A DNA stretch of 63,578 nucleotides, filler included, from Reticulomyxa filosa (lineage: Eukaryota > Protista > Foraminifera), in NCBI GenBank assembly GCA_000512085.1. It is 14 parts of 14 records of this genome, joined end to end, with 100 filler letters (N's around TTAATTAATTAA, not from the genome) between each part and the next. Parts side by side here need not be neighbours in the genome. Positions count along the whole stretch, not along the records: positions 59,990 to 63,578 come from ASPP01008842.1; 13 more parts are not named here. One strand, 5' to 3'. Shown piece by piece: positions 62,435 to 63,578 of the stretch; positions within the stretch are counted from its first letter, which is position 1; each line of letters starts with the position of its first letter. The position numbers and the translations under genes are program-made. The notes under the pieces are model-generated. The model made no database searches. It saw only the letters and a program-made list of their open reading frames with translations, and was not told the DNA's origin.

Positions 62435-63351
62435 TTTGAATGGCTATTGATTTTTTTTAGAGGGTGGGGCAAAACACCGTTTTTTCGTTTTATTTGGTTT
62501 ACAATTTTTGAAGTAGCTAAGAAATAAAGCTTTGACACGTCAAATCTGGGCTGTTAAACTTTAATTTATTTGTGGTATGAATGATATCCATAAAAACAAT
62601 TCTTATCGAATAAGATTTTTGTATAAAAACAGTTTAAATTGGCCAACTGGTGCTTTAATTGTTTTTCTTTTAGAAGTTTTGTGAAATATGTAAAGTTTAT
62701 AAAAAAATAAATTATCAGCCAATTTTATCATCTAAGAGATGTGTCCTTTGCAAAGTTTCATAAATAATTACAATTAATTATCAAATTTTGAGTGAAACAT
62801 GAAATTTATTCAAATTTATTTGGTAGTTTGATCAAATTTATAGCTAACTGACAAAAAAACACATAATTATCATTTGTTCTGGAGCAGTTTTAATTGTTGG
62901 CAAGTATATAAAGACAATAATACTTCTTTCCGTTGTCGAAGATTTGTAGGTCTTGAAAACAGTATTTCCGTTTGATACTTTCTTGTTGTTTGTGCTACTG
63001 AGTTAGAAATGTCACAACTCATGCGCAAGACGAGACAAGGAGTCTGAAGATTTTTTTCCGGTGTGTAGAAATCCTTCTAATTGTGTTGGATAAGTTGTAA
63101 AATCGTGTTTTCTCTCACTTGGCCGCTTTAACGTCTACATTTTTTGAGACAATCATTATTGGAAATAATATCAATAACCCATAACGCGAAATGCCAAACT
63201 CCAACTTCCATATCTCTACTTTTCGCAGCGTACCAAAAGGCAAACATAAACCAACTCAAAGTTAAAAAACACCAAAAAGAAGATTTTTTTATTGTTTAAG
63301 AAAACGTTCACGCGATATCCTACGCATCAAAAAAACACAAAAAAAAAAAAA

Positions 63352-63578
63352 AAAGAAATCGAATCTAAAACAGACAACAACTTCAAGCACGGGAACGGAC
63401 GTGCAAATCGCCGCCGACAAAACTGTCGAATGTTGTATACAAGTTTCCGTTCAGACCCGGACCCATGGGACGGCTCTCCTCCTCGCACTCCACCATCAAG
63501 TGACGACGATCTTCAACACGATGAACAACGGTCTTATAAGCCCCAGTGTTCCCAAACTCCGATTGCCCCGAACAACAA
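63352..63578 (+). CDS. Open exon running off the window end
   Basis: Stop-free frame KEIESKTDNNF...DPDPWDGSPPRTPPSSDDDLQHDEQ. Confidence 0.3.

Noticed and set aside
1-63578. Treating the membrane-traffic genes as one gene cluster
   Set aside because: They lie on different linker-separated fragments; adjacency across linkers is unsupported.
1-63578. CRISPR arrays, rRNA, tRNA, prokaryotic operons
   Set aside because: No repeat-spacer structure or recognisable RNA gene seen; the genes contain spliceosomal introns.

Overview
AT-rich eukaryotic nuclear DNA with many short GT-AG introns. It is most likely the foraminiferan Reticulomyxa filosa; this is inferred from the style of the decayed Kelch-like/WD40 families and the introns, not confirmed by a search. 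The window is not one contiguous locus: 13 identical artificial 100-nt linkers (N44-TTAATTAATTAA-N44) join 14 fragments, so neighbourhood is interpretable only within a fragment. Recognisable genes, many partial: gamma-tubulin complex component, anoctamin/TMEM16, PRP40-like FF protein, APC transporter, PAQR, prolyl 4-hydroxylase, a 7TM protein, a polo-box fragment, glycine decarboxylase P, glucosidase II beta, a Rab, a vacuolin-like SPFH protein and a multi-LOTUS/RRM protein. There are also decayed Tc1, non-LTR retrotransposon, Kelch-like and WD40 relics. The most interesting signals are unusual domain fusions, all identified by manual motif reading: (1) a secretory prolyl 4-hydroxylase carrying a VHL-beta-like putative hydroxyproline reader; (2) an ~8 kb DysF-DysF-Vps62/DUF946-PH-Sec6-like tether gene; (3) anoctamin-SAM-2xEF-hand-like; (4) a SAM-Rab head-to-head with the vacuolin-like gene. 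Many introns have purine-rich 3' ends and self-complementary low-complexity halves. Recurrent single-base frameshifts mostly sit in homopolymer runs and are probably sequencing errors.
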